DNA from: Octopus sinensis
Lineage: Eukaryota
NCBI RefSeq assembly: GCF_006345805.1
Contig: NW_021833388.1
Location: forward strand, 1-27,410
Length of the DNA: 27,410 nucleotides
Direction: 5' to 3'
Positions within the stretch are counted from its first letter, which is position 1. Each line of letters starts with the position of its first letter. The notes below the pieces were generated by a model that did no database searches, had not been told where the DNA came from, and saw nothing but the letters and a program-made list of their open reading frames with translations. Position numbers and translations under genes: made by a program. Below are positions 11,515 to 22,368 of the stretch, one piece after another.

Positions 11515-13045
11515 TTACCTGTTTAATTAGGATTGTCCGGTGGAGGGGGACCCTCCACCTTTTTTTATCCAGGGTCGGAGGTGGACGGTCTTGGGAAATA
11601 GATTTGTCAAAATCCCGTCTCACCACCGACACAGAATTATCAGGTGGAGGGGGAATCTCCACCTTTTCCTTTTCTCGCGGGATCGGAGCTGGTAATCCAT
11701 GAAATATCGACTTGTTAAAATCTAATCTCAATGAAGATACAGTCTTTCTGTACTTATTTTGTAGAATTCTATAAGTCTTATTTGAGACTTCATATATGTC
11801 GTAATTGATAAATTCCTCTGAAAGGTTATCAATTTTTTTTACAGTCTTTATGAGTTGAATGTCTCTCATGAGCTCAGTATCTTTAGTGTATACGGCTATT
11901 ATGCCTTTTCTTCTTTTTCTCTTCTGGCAGTCTTTTTTGGTCGTTGTTCTGTAGTAGTCGCCGCTCTCGGCTGGGTTGCTGGTTGTATTTTTCTTTTGTT
12001 TGTTGTTTTTTTCTCATCTGTTTCTTCTTTATCTTCTCCCTCTTTGTCTTTTTCTTCCTCTTCCTCCTCTTCTTCATTTTCCTTGCAGTTCCTTCGAATG
12101 TGGCCTAATTGACCACATAAAAAACATCGAGGTTTTCGGCCCTCAACAAACACCACGAGGTTCTCCTCCCCTACCTCAATTGTCTCAGGAATTGTTTGAA
12201 TTATTTTAGGGTCCGCTTGAATGAGAAGATTAATTGTTTTACCATCCCAGCGTGGGTTTTCCGTAGCGGTAGCCTGGAGGAGAGTAATTTTTTCTACCTC
12301 TTTGATTAGGACTGCCGCCAACAACCACATAGGTTCGACCTCTGGCGGGACCCTTGTAATTTTTATTCGCGACGTCCTCATCCCCATATAATAGGGTATT
12401 AACTCCACGTCGTTCGTTTTCAACGTTTCCACTGAGTTCTTGTGTGCTATTTCTTTATTGGTGAACCTTACTTCCACCGTTCCGAATTTTTTTCCTCTTC
12501 TCAGAAATACTACGTCGCCCAATATTGGCTTTAAGCACTTTTCTATTTTCTCTTCTGACATTCTTTCAATTTTTCTATTTTGTAGACAATATGTTTTGAA
12601 AATTATTGTTTTTTGCTTTTCTTCCTGTAATAACTTTTGCGGAGGTTCAATTTTCACACTGTTGTCATTTATTTCCATCATTTTGCTGATTTCATAATTT
12701 CGCTTTTATTCGTCGACAGTATCTGGGTTCCACCCCCAGCAGCCAACGCAAAAAACTTTTTTTCCATTTTTGGTTCTATCTGGATGCTAGGCACATCAAT
12801 TATTCTCTTCGACACAATGCCTTTGTTCTCTGGCAAAGTCGGAAACTCTTCTGGTGAAAGTTCTGACGAGCTCTCAGACATCTCCAAAAATATCAAATAT
12901 ATTATCCTCTCTGCTATTCCTTCTTGTAGCGGGGAAACCCTATTTCCTTGTCTGTAGTTGGCTCCTCGCCGGACATGTATTTCCTCCTCTCAACAGGAGA
13001 AACAAGTATTTCTGCTCCAACGGTAGGCTCCATGCTAGACGACAT
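11515..13045 (-). pseudogene. ORF1: RRM-like region, CCHC zinc knuckle and acidic/basic tail, disrupted
   Basis: 11899-12681 contains CFLCGQLGHIRRNC followed by poly-E/K. Flanking fragments 12678-12896 and 11438-11869. Probable start ATG at 13045 (MSSSMEP...). Confidence 0.8.
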
Positions 13046-13208
13046 TCTTCCCCCCAAAGGGGGAATGAACAACGCGTGCTACCACAAGCACTAAGTGTTT
13101 TCAATTGAAAACTCCAACAGTTAAGTTATTCAACAGTTTAACAAGAAACAACAGTTGTTAACAATATTAACACCACGAAACAGCAATTCTTACTTCACGA
13201 ACACATGT

Positions 13209-13270
13209 GCGACAGACTAAATACCGCTAAGCATTTCGTCCAGCGTGCTAACGATTCTGCCAGTTTCTCA
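13209..13270 (-). mobile_element. Family A SINE, 5' half (A box), upstream of the Tx1 insertion
   Basis: Minus strand gagaaactggcagaatcgttagcacgctggacgaaatgcttagcggtattt. A-box-like TGGCAGAATCG at 13252-13262. Matches the head seen at 770-792. Confidence 0.85.
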
Positions 13271-13303
13271 CTTTGTTTTTGCGTAATAATAATAATAATA
13301 ATG

Positions 13304-13341
<38 letters not shown>

Positions 13342-13364
13342 ACAACAACAACAATAATAATAAC

Positions 13365-13530
13365 ACCATGTCGCGCACATATGGTTGTGATGCATGTGCC
13401 TTGTGTACCCTTATCAGACGGGTAGTCATGACGGGTATACTGGGCTTCATATATTTTACCCCAGTGTCACTTTGATGGCATGCACTGCTCTCCCACTCAA
13501 TAATAATAATAATAATAATAATAATAAAGA
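13365..13530 (+). mobile_element. Probable 3' tail of an unclassified LINE/SINE ending in (AAT)n
   Basis: Short non-coding block followed by (AAT)n; recalled as a common cephalopod repeat, not verified. Confidence 0.35.
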
Positions 13531-13699
13531 TTTTAGATATAGATACAATACCAGCAGTTTTTATGGGAGGGATCTACTTGGCTGATGCCTTATTTTAACG
13601 ATCTCAAAGCTAATTTTGACAGGATCTCGGAACAAATATCTCAGGGTACTCTAACCGTTCTGTAGATCCACCATCCAGTAGTTGAATATCTTTCTTAAT

Positions 13700-13890
13700 C
13701 TTTTATCTTCTACTTGCCTCAGTCACTAGCCTGTGACCATGCTGGGGCATCGCCTTGAAAAGTTTTAATCCAACAAATTTATTTCTGATACATTTTCTGT
13801 CGGTTCTTTTTACCGAATCGCTTAATAACGGTAACGTAAACAAACTAACAGCGGTTGTTAAGCGGTAGCAGAGGGTAGATAAACACATAT
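13700..13890 (-). mobile_element. Family B SINE 3' half, diverged
   Basis: gaccatgctggggcatcgcc...taccgaatcgcttaataacggtaacgtaaacaaac...gcggttgttaagcgg aligns to the family B 3' region. Confidence 0.65.
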
Positions 13891-13941
13891 AAATGCAAGT
13901 TTATATGTGTACACACACATACACACACACACCCCACACAC

Positions 13942-13974
<33 letters not shown>

Positions 13975-14199
13975 CACACACATATATACATATATATATA
14001 TATATATATGCACGTATGCATCTATCAATCTCTCTCTTTCTCTCACCCTCTCTGTCTCTATATATATACACATACATACATATATATATATATCAGCACT
14101 TTCTCTCCTCCTTTACCTCAGTCTGTCCCTTTCCTCTTTTCTCTCTGCCTTGTCCCTCCCTAATTCTTCTCTATCCACTACCTCTCTCCTCTCCTTCCC

Positions 14200-14680
14200 C
14201 ATGACCGGTGTTCGACCAAGCCTGACCTTTCGTGGTTCGACTACCATCCGTGCAGCATCTCTCGTATTTTTTCCCATGACTTTCATCTTCTATGTTGCTG
14301 CCGTAAGGCTTCACTTCTACACACGCCAGCTTAATTTAATTCGTCCTTAGTCGAAAGACACCTGTTGTTAACGTCCTCTGGTTTGTATTTGTAATTGTAT
14401 ACTATTTCTCCACTTTTGTTTCTTTTTGTCTTTGTTTTCGTATACATTCGTTTGCTTTCTCCCGAAGAATCTAGTGCTCTTAGCTTAGATTTTCTTGGGG
14501 CCGGCCAGATTAGAGCAGTCTCGAGATTAACCGGCCAAAACTGCAGGAACGATCTGCTTCTCGACTGATGATTGGAAGCTCCGAATGACCCGTCCTTGTT
14601 TTTTCCTGTCCTTTTTTGTATCATCTAACTGTCCGAATATTTTGTTGTCGCCTGTTCCATTTACTTTTTGTTTTGATTTT
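14200..14680. repeat. Unclassified interspersed repeat or unique insert between microsatellites
   Basis: Complex sequence bounded by CT-rich and TA/TG tracts; no recognisable coding motif. Confidence 0.3.
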
Positions 14681-14722
14681 ATATATATGTCTGTGTGTGT
14701 GTGTGAGTGTTGTATGTGCATG

Positions 14723-14773
<51 letters not shown>

Positions 14774-15073
14774 ATATATATAATATATATATATATATAT
14801 TATATGTATTACATCCATCATGTCTTCCGGTTGTTGCCATAACGCTTGTACAAATCGCACTTTCACTTTTACAGCTCATGCTGGCATATTTGAAATCAAA
14901 AATGAATTACATTCTCTGTTTCTTGACTCAGAAAAATAAATAGCCGATGCCTTTCTGAACGATTCAATAACTTTATGGTCATCTTAACACAACACAAAAA
15001 ACCCCTGGCATTATCTTGGTATTATTCATTATAAACATGATATAGGAAGGCCTCCCCACCATAAAAAATACAC

Positions 15074-15130
<57 letters not shown>

Positions 15131-15479
15131 TATCAGTTATCGTTCAGTGTATAATAATACAAATCGTTAGATTTCAAGAATAATAACATTCGATCTGTAT
15201 TGTAAGTTGTGTAAACGTAACGTACGATAATTTATTTTACTGTATCTCTCAGTTTACCAGAAATCAATGCAAGTATAATGTCATCGATCTTTTTCTATTA
15301 AGTTGTGATCACGAGGAAGCTATTGAATGAGGGAAAAATTATGGGCTTCTTTACTTACTGAGTAAAACGATAAAAATAAAATTGACATAAATTTTCATTA
15401 TGATAATACCTTTGTAAATGTATCTCAGTAAAATTTCATTAACCAAAATGGAATCAAATTTATGAGGAAAGGACTATTT

Positions 15480-15995
15480 TTTTATCTTTAAGTTGTTGAA
15501 ATCATTTGATTGCGGCCATGCTGAGGCAGTGTCTTGAGAAGGTTTTAGTCGAATGAATCAGCCCAAGGAATTTTAATTTCTTTAAGCCATGTACTTATTC
15601 TAGCAGTCTCTTTTTTGTCAGACCGCTAAATTACGGGGAAGTAATCACATTAACACCGGTTATCAAGCGGTGGCGGTGGACAAACACAAACACACACATA
15701 CACACACATACACACACAACACATACACACACATACACACACACACATACACACACACACATACACACACACTCACGCACAGGCACACACACACACACAG
15801 ACACACAGACACACATACACACACACACACTCACGCATAGGCACACACACACCGGGTGTAGTGAGTAAATTGTCGTCTTAATTATTGGCACATTCTATAG
15901 CAGAAGACAGTCAGCTAAGTTGCCACGCAGTGGAATTGAACCCGGAACTATGTGGATGGAAAACGAGCTTCTTACTACACAGCCACGCCTGCGTC
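15480..15995 (-). mobile_element. Family B SINE in two pieces around a (CA)n tract
   Basis: 3' part at 15480-15690 (tgcggccatgctg...gaccgctaaattacgggg); 5' part at 15893-15995 (ccacgcagtgg...gaacccggaactatgtgg...tactacacagccac). Confidence 0.7.
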
Positions 15996-16007
15996 TATGT
16001 ATGTATG

Positions 16008-16057
<50 letters not shown>

Positions 16058-16088
16058 AATCAATGTATATATGTATATGCACACACAA

Positions 16089-16130
<42 letters not shown>

Positions 16131-16132
<2 letters not shown>

Positions 16133-17006
16133 AGGTGCAATGAGTACATTGTCGTCTACATTACGCAAAAATGAAAATAACACTGACTTCTCATTTTAGC
16201 AGATATATTTGCCAAAATTACATAAAAATATCTTGAAATACTAAAGAGTAAATTTATTCAATAAAATCGCCATTGGCTTCAGGCACAGCCTCCAGACGAC
16301 ATCGGAAACTCCTGCAACTCTTCTCGACGGTCTCCTTGTCTAAGTTGGCGAATGTTGCCATAATTCTTGCCTTCAGTTCATCTTTGGTGTTACAAGAAGT
16401 TTGTTGATCTCTCACTCAACTGCAAAATAATCAAGGGTGTTGCAGTCTGGAGAATTAGGTGGCCAGATGTTGGGGGTGATGTGGTCGCAGAAATTGTCTG
16501 ACAGCCATGACTGGGTTCTCCTAGTTGTGTGGCATGGTACAGATTCCTGTTGCCTGACAGGGTCTCCCAGCAGCCAGTCTCTTCACCTAGGGCTGCACTA
16601 CCTCGTCTATGCATTTTATGTAGGCTTCCATGTTGAGTGTGAGGCCGTGTGGGAAGTTGAATGGAAGCATAACGTCGTCATGACTATGGATCACTCGAAA
16701 CACCATGATGTAACTGGATGCTTGATTTTTATCACTTTCGGTACATGTCCTTAGATTGCATTCTCCTCAAATTGACACCCAAATTATTTGAAATGTTCGT
16801 ATCAGAACGTTCGGCTCGAATGCCAAGCAGCACAACAAGTCGTTTCCAAATTTCTTGCAGAGTGAAATGCGTCATGGGACCGTTTCTCTTACAGACTGTG
16901 TCCAACTGACCCTACTATACTCTGTACACGACAAAATTAAAAACAAACAACGCGCATTCGTGAAATGAAAAATTAAATGGCGTCAATTTACCCATCGCAA
17001 ACTCTA
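16131..17006 (-). mobile_element. Tc1/mariner superfamily DD37D (maT-type) DNA transposon, internally deleted
   Basis: Imperfect terminal inverted repeats: caaggtgcaatgagtacattgtcgtc (16131-16156) and gagtttgcgatgggtaaattgacgcc (minus strand, ~16979-17004). Transposase remnants lie between them. Confidence 0.8.
16254..16875 (-). pseudogene. maT-type transposase remnant (not shown in the ORF track)
   Basis: Manual translation: N-terminus MTHFTLQEIWKRLVVLLGIRA from ATG 16875, deletion at ~16752, then QQESVPCHTTRRTQSWLSDNFCDHITPNIWPPNSPDCNTLDY...RLEAVPEANGDFIE*. The E (16544-46) and D (16430-32) codons are 37 residues apart. Confidence 0.85.
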
Positions 17007-17029
17007 TGTGTGTGTGTATAACTTTTAAA

Positions 17030-17225
17030 ACTTTTACTTGTTTCACCTATTTGACTGCAACCATGCTGGAACACCACCTTAGGGCGAACGAATCGTACCC
17101 TAGACAAATTCTTGTAAGCCTGGTACTTAATTTATCGGAATATTTTGCCGAACCACTAGCTTACGGGGACGTAAGCACACCAACATCGGTTGTCAAGCGA
17201 CAGTGGGTAACAAGCACAAATACAC
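17030..17225 (-). mobile_element. Family B SINE 3' half
   Basis: ttttacttgtttc...ccatgctggaacaccacc...ttacggggacgtaagcacaccaacatcggttgtcaagcg. Confidence 0.75.
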
Positions 17226-17227
17226 AA

Positions 17228-17258
<31 letters not shown>

Positions 17259-17260
17259 CC

Positions 17261-17296
<36 letters not shown>

Positions 17297-17305
17297 ATAT
17301 ATATA

Positions 17306-18340
17306 CTAGCAGAGATACCCGGCGTTGCCCGGTTACATTCAGTTGAAGAATTAGACTTTTCTGTTATATTCTCTGAATGAACTGGAATATCTATGTTTCG
17401 AATTTCATCAAAATGGCAGATGAGGGCTGTTTCCCTCTTTACACACCCTAAAAAAATTGTAATCGTGCCACATGGAAACCAAAACACGAATGATCACAAG
17501 AAGCAGTCAGTTACCCTACCCTAGTCGTTACCACTCCCAATGTAGGATTCCTCACCATCAAGGTGACAGGCACAGCCGTAAGATGCATTACGAATCTATA
17601 GCAATTGGAAGGGCGTGACCCGACTGAAATTAACAACTGTGTGTCGTGAGGGCTTAGGAGAAATTAAAGTGTCACCTCTGGAGTTTGCAAATGACCACTA
17701 TACTGATACGTAACTGGACAGAATGAATTTAAAGTATATAAATGTCTTTGAATAACCAGTCACTCGTCTGGGAAGGCCTTGTAATCAATGTTACCATCTG
17801 GGGACTATGTGTGACCGAGTGATAATAAAAAGACTGAAAGGAGGTCTGCAATCAAAAAACTTTACTCAACACTTTGCAACTGAATCAGTGGAGACAAAGA
17901 TGCCTCTCATTTACTTAACAATTTATGCAGCACATTGCAGAAATCACAATGTAAGTGTATGTCAAAGAAAACTGTTGTACCATTGAATTAAAAGTAATGC
18001 CCAACTTTTATGCTCGGGTAACTCTACAGCTTCCAAGAGCACAACTGTATTGTTTTTGCTTAGATAAAATGACAAAATTGTGGGTGTTATGTCCCCATGG
18101 ATGGGGTCTTTCTAACTTTGTAAGAAGATGAAATTTTATAAATATTACTTCATTTGTGTCTAATATCTATGCTTAAAATTTAATCAACAGCAAAAATATA
18201 TGAATTGTCATGGGGGTTATGGCCCTTATGCTTAGAATATAATTTCCAAATTTCATAAAGATCCACTCAGTACTTTTGACTTAGTTTTGGATCATAAAAG
18301 AAATGACTAAAATTTGGGAGTTAAGCTCCCATTAGAGGTG
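17306..18340 (-). mobile_element. Probable non-autonomous Helitron (3' end clear, 5' end uncertain)
   Basis: Minus strand ends ccgggc-aac-gccgg (GC hairpin, 17319-17332), 9-nt spacer, then CTAG (17309-17306) followed by T, which is the canonical Helitron 3' signature. The interior is unrecognised. Confidence 0.55.
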
Positions 18341-18374
18341 TTATATATATATAATATATATATATATTATATAA

Positions 18375-19240
18375 ATTAGAGATAAAACCACTATTAGGCA
18401 AATCAAACAGTGAAAATCATAAGCCAATACAAAGAAATAAAATTAATTAAAAAATATATAAAAATATAAAATATAAAAATATAAAAATCCAATAAAATAT
18501 TTAAATTAAAGTTAAATTTTAAAAAATTATTTAAATTAATAATTAAACTTATAAATTATAATATATATATATATTTATTATTATTTTATTTAATCATTTA
18601 TTTTTTTTTATATATTTTATTTTTTATTTTTAAAATTTTTAAATATTTTTATGGTTAATATATTATTTTTTTTTTAATACTATCAAAAAGTATTAAAAGT
18701 TTAATATAAGATAAACAGTAAAAGCACTACGATCGTTTCATGCCCGCAACCAGTTCGAATAACAATAATTTAAATTCAATTAATAATTCAAGTTATGGTT
18801 ACAGTCAATCTTCAAGGTTAATTGTAATATTTTAATAAAAAATCAAAAATATTTAAACAATATTTTTAAAGAAATAAATAATATAATAAATTTTCTTATA
18901 AAAAACTCTATTATCAAACTAGAAACTTAACGATTATGATTATGTCAAAACAACGATTATAATGTTAAATATTAATTTTAATTTTTAAGTATTATTTGTA
19001 AGGTAAGAAACCCAACAATAATCTAATATCAGTAATAGTCAATATCTAATTACATAAATATTTTACCAAAAAAATGATTATTCATATATTTAAAATATAA
19101 AATTTAAATAATATATAAATTATCAATGAAAATATATAAATGTATATAAATATTATAATTAAGATCTAAAATAATCTCTATAAATAAATATATATGCACA
19201 TATAATAAAGACCTAATAAATTAATTTTTCATATTTAAAG
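18375..19240. repeat. Extremely AT-rich degenerate repeat, possibly a Penelope-type terminal repeat
   Basis: Long A/T runs with islands of complex sequence. One island (18724-18820, minus) reads TTGAAGA-long stem II-GAAACGATCGTA. Confidence 0.35.
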
Positions 19241-21360
19241 ATGAAATCTGTAGGGGGAAACACTAAATTGCTGGCAAGATGCCCAAAAGTTTGCATTTAT
19301 TTGACGAGGATTCGACAGATTTGGAGGTCAGAAAGGTGGAAAGAGTATTGTTGGAAGATGTTTTGGATTCGTCTGAGAGCGAATTCCCACCACTGTCGAG
19401 GACTGACGTTGCAGGGAAGAGTGTCGAAGTGAAAAGATTTCAAATGGAGGAGGGTAAACAAAAAAGAAGTTTTGCGTCTGCAGATGGAGACAGAACTTGC
19501 CATCTGTCGACGAAGAAAAGTGACATTTTAACGTACATGATAAAAATTCAAGACGGCGTTGTCAAGGATCAACCCCCAGAAAAGCTTTTATTGACAGAAG
19601 AAAAAAACAATTATGTTTAAACCATACTGCCGAAAAGAAAGAAAAATCGAACTAGTAAGCGAGGAGAAGGTAGAAAAATGTCTAAAGCCATCTGGCAGGA
19701 TATAACATATCTAGCCAAGGGAAAAGGTTCGGTACCAAAGCGGGACACCTAAAAAACATTGAAACTACACATTGCACTCGTAAAATCCTTTGAAACAGAA
19801 GACGTGATTTTAATACCAATACATGGTATGAGGACATCCAAAATACGAATACCAAACGTCCTATCTCAAGTCGACCCTATGTGGTTGATGCGGCAGTCCT
19901 GGCAGAAAGAGCAGATGAGGTGAGTAATAATACTTCAGGCTACCGTTTCAGAAAAGGCAAATTTGACCGGTACCGGTGGTCCACCTGTTAATTCAAACAG
20001 AACAGGCTATATTAGAGCAGCTTCCAAAAAAATTTGAAGTTGGGAGGAGTTCCTCAACGTTTTTGTCGAAGGGGCGTATAAACTCCGTTGTTTTCAGTGT
20101 GGCCAGCTGGCCATATAAAAAAATACTGTAAGGAAGGCGAGGAGGAATCTGAAGATGAGGACGAAGAGAAAGAAAAACAAACAGAAAAAAAGAAAGTTAT
20201 TAGCAAAAGAAAAATGAAAATGAAAACCAACGAAAACAAGTAGAACCACGACCCCAAAAAACAACAAAAAAACAACAACATAAAGAGTCCAACCAAAAAT
20301 AACAAGGAAAGAAGTAGCGGACAGAGAGATTGTGGCACTTCATAACAAAAATGATGATTTAATGAGAGAGATAAAAACACCGGACACACTAGATTAACAG
20401 GTAAGTTATGTCTATTCACATTGGTTGTGTAAATGTTCGTGGCCCGATGTCTAGCTGGGAGCAAGAACGCTTCCTAAATGACATCAGGTCAAGAAAATTG
20501 GATGTGATTGCTGCAACGGAAACCCGGGTAAAGGGGCCAACAGATCTGCACCCACTCCTGGACGACTATGAGAAATACGTTTCTCCGTTTCGGGCGGGAG
20601 TTGGGAGTAGGGTGTTAGTTATACTAAAAAGAAATCCGGTAGCCGAGAAAGAGTTGTTTTTTCTGACCCAGAAGGCAGGTTGGTCGTTCTTGACCTGACA
20701 TTCAGTTGCGGCAAGATAATCAGGCTAGTTGCTATTTATGCATTCAACATTATGGGCCCGTAAAGTGAATATTTTCGCGTCCTGGGCAAGTTTATTGCCA
20801 CGTCGCATTCGCTAGTATTGTTAGGAGACTTTAACACAATATGTGACGCATATACAGATTGTGTTGGCTCGAATATGAACAGAAAATGTAACCCAGGCTT
20901 ACGGGATAGCTAAGTCACTTTCAGCTAGCAGATCCATATAAGTTGGAACACCCGAACACTCCACAGTGGACGTGGTCAAATAGTAACGAGTCTTCCTGAA
21001 CGTATCTAGATAGGGTTTTAATTAGAGAAACAGATAAGTCCATAGCCGAGTGTCCACAGCTTTTTCTAGTCAGCTACAGTGACTACAAGATGGTTACCTG
21101 TAAACTGACAGTATATAAGTTGCAGTTAGGGATCTAGCTACTAGAAACTCAATACGTCCCTTTTGGCGATTGAGGAGTACAGAAAGCGGATCGAGATGTT
21201 AATACACATGGGAAGTATTGCTAGAGCTAAGTTACGTGCGATGGGAAGTGGAGGAATCAAGGCGGCTGGATGGGCCCGAGTGGTGGAAGCTCGGCAAGGA
21301 AATAGTTCCACTATTCGGTCTCTGACGAATCAAAATGTTGTCTTGCTAAACGAATCCGAG
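19241..21360 (+). mobile_element. Second Tx1-clade copy, 5'- and 3'-truncated (ORF1, APE and start of linker)
   Basis: 19279-19620 resembles the ORF1 N-terminus (SEFPPL, LSTKKSDI, PPEKLL). Knuckle remnant at ~20085-20130. 20408 onward (MSIHIGCVNVRG...ATETRVKGP) is roughly 85% identical by eye to 11511 and below. Internal deletion of ~220 bp at ~21205. Confidence 0.88.
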
Positions 21361-21574
21361 CCACACCTGCACCTGTGTGTGTGTGGGGTGGGTGGGTGTA
21401 TCGGTATGGGTGTATTTATGTATGCATGTATATATGTGTACATATTACACGTACATCCATATATACATCTAGACATACATGTTTACATATACATGTATAT
21501 CTATAGAAATACATCTATACATATACAGCTTCACATATACATTTGTATATATATATATATATATATATTACTAG

Positions 21575-21750
21575 TCGCCATGATAGATCGTTAGCCACTA
21601 CACACATTTTTTCTGTGTCGCTTTCTGTAGAAAGGCGTAGGTTCGAAACGTAAAATACTATTTCTATTCCTGAGCGTTGTACTAATACATCTGTTTGTTT
21701 TGTACACCACCTGTCTTCGTCTTCTGTTTTTTCGTAAACTCTCCCTATAA
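21575..21750 (+). repeat. Penelope-like terminal-repeat fragment with a degenerate hammerhead motif
   Basis: cttt-CTGTAGA-aaggc-gtag-gttc-GAAA-CGTA-aaat (21621-21656); homologous to 26010-26210. Confidence 0.5.
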
Positions 21751-21963
21751 GATATGATATTGCTATGGGCTCGCCCTAGGCAAGAAGTTGAACATTTTTT
21801 TGCTTATGAAACTGCAGGGACCCTAAGTAAGGCATGTGTAAAATTTGAATGAAATTGGTTCTGTAGTTCTCAAGTTCTAGGGAAACACACAGACAGACAG
21901 AGAGACTCTCATTTTATATATATATGTATATATATGTATATATGTATATATATATATATGTAG

Positions 21964-22005
<42 letters not shown>

Positions 22006-22006
22006 T

Positions 22007-22049
<43 letters not shown>

Positions 22050-22065
22050 TATTATATATTATATA

Positions 22066-22228
22066 AGACGGGTTTCTTTTAGTTTCCGTCTGCAAAATCC
22101 ACTCACAAGGCTTTGGTTGGCACATGCTATAGTAGAAGACACTTGCACAAGTTGCATGCAGTGTAACTGAACCCGGAACTATGTGGTTGAGAAGCATGCT
22201 TCTTACTACACATCCACCCCTTCGCCTA
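22066..22228 (-). mobile_element. Family B SINE 5' half
   Basis: agtttccgtc...ccactcacaaggctttgg...gaacccggaactatgtggttg...tactacacatccac. Confidence 0.75.
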
Positions 22229-22368
22229 TGTATGTATGTATGTATGTATTTACTTATGTATGCATGTATGTATGTATGTATTATGTATGTATGTATGTAT
22301 GTATGTATGTATGTATGTATGTATGTATGTATGTATGTATGTATGTATGTATGTATGTATGTATGCAT
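22229..22368. repeat. (TATG)n microsatellite
   Basis: Read directly from the sequence. Confidence 0.95.

Larger units (their letters stand above)
7857..13208 (-). mobile_element. Tx1/L1-clade non-LTR retrotransposon, near full length, inactivated
   Basis: Ordered ORF1 (CX2CX4HX4C knuckle), APE, RT and CCHC fragments. 3' UTR ends in AATAAAGAAATT. Imperfect 17-bp TSD at 7840-7856 / 13209-13225. Confidence 0.93.

Noticed and set aside
14565-14590. CTGATGA followed by gga/tcc and GAAT as a hammerhead
   Set aside because: No GAAA, no purine at position 10.1 and no stem I pairing.
18375-19240. Mitochondrial insertion (control region or rRNA NUMT)
   Set aside because: High AT content only; no recognisable mitochondrial tRNA, rRNA or protein motifs.
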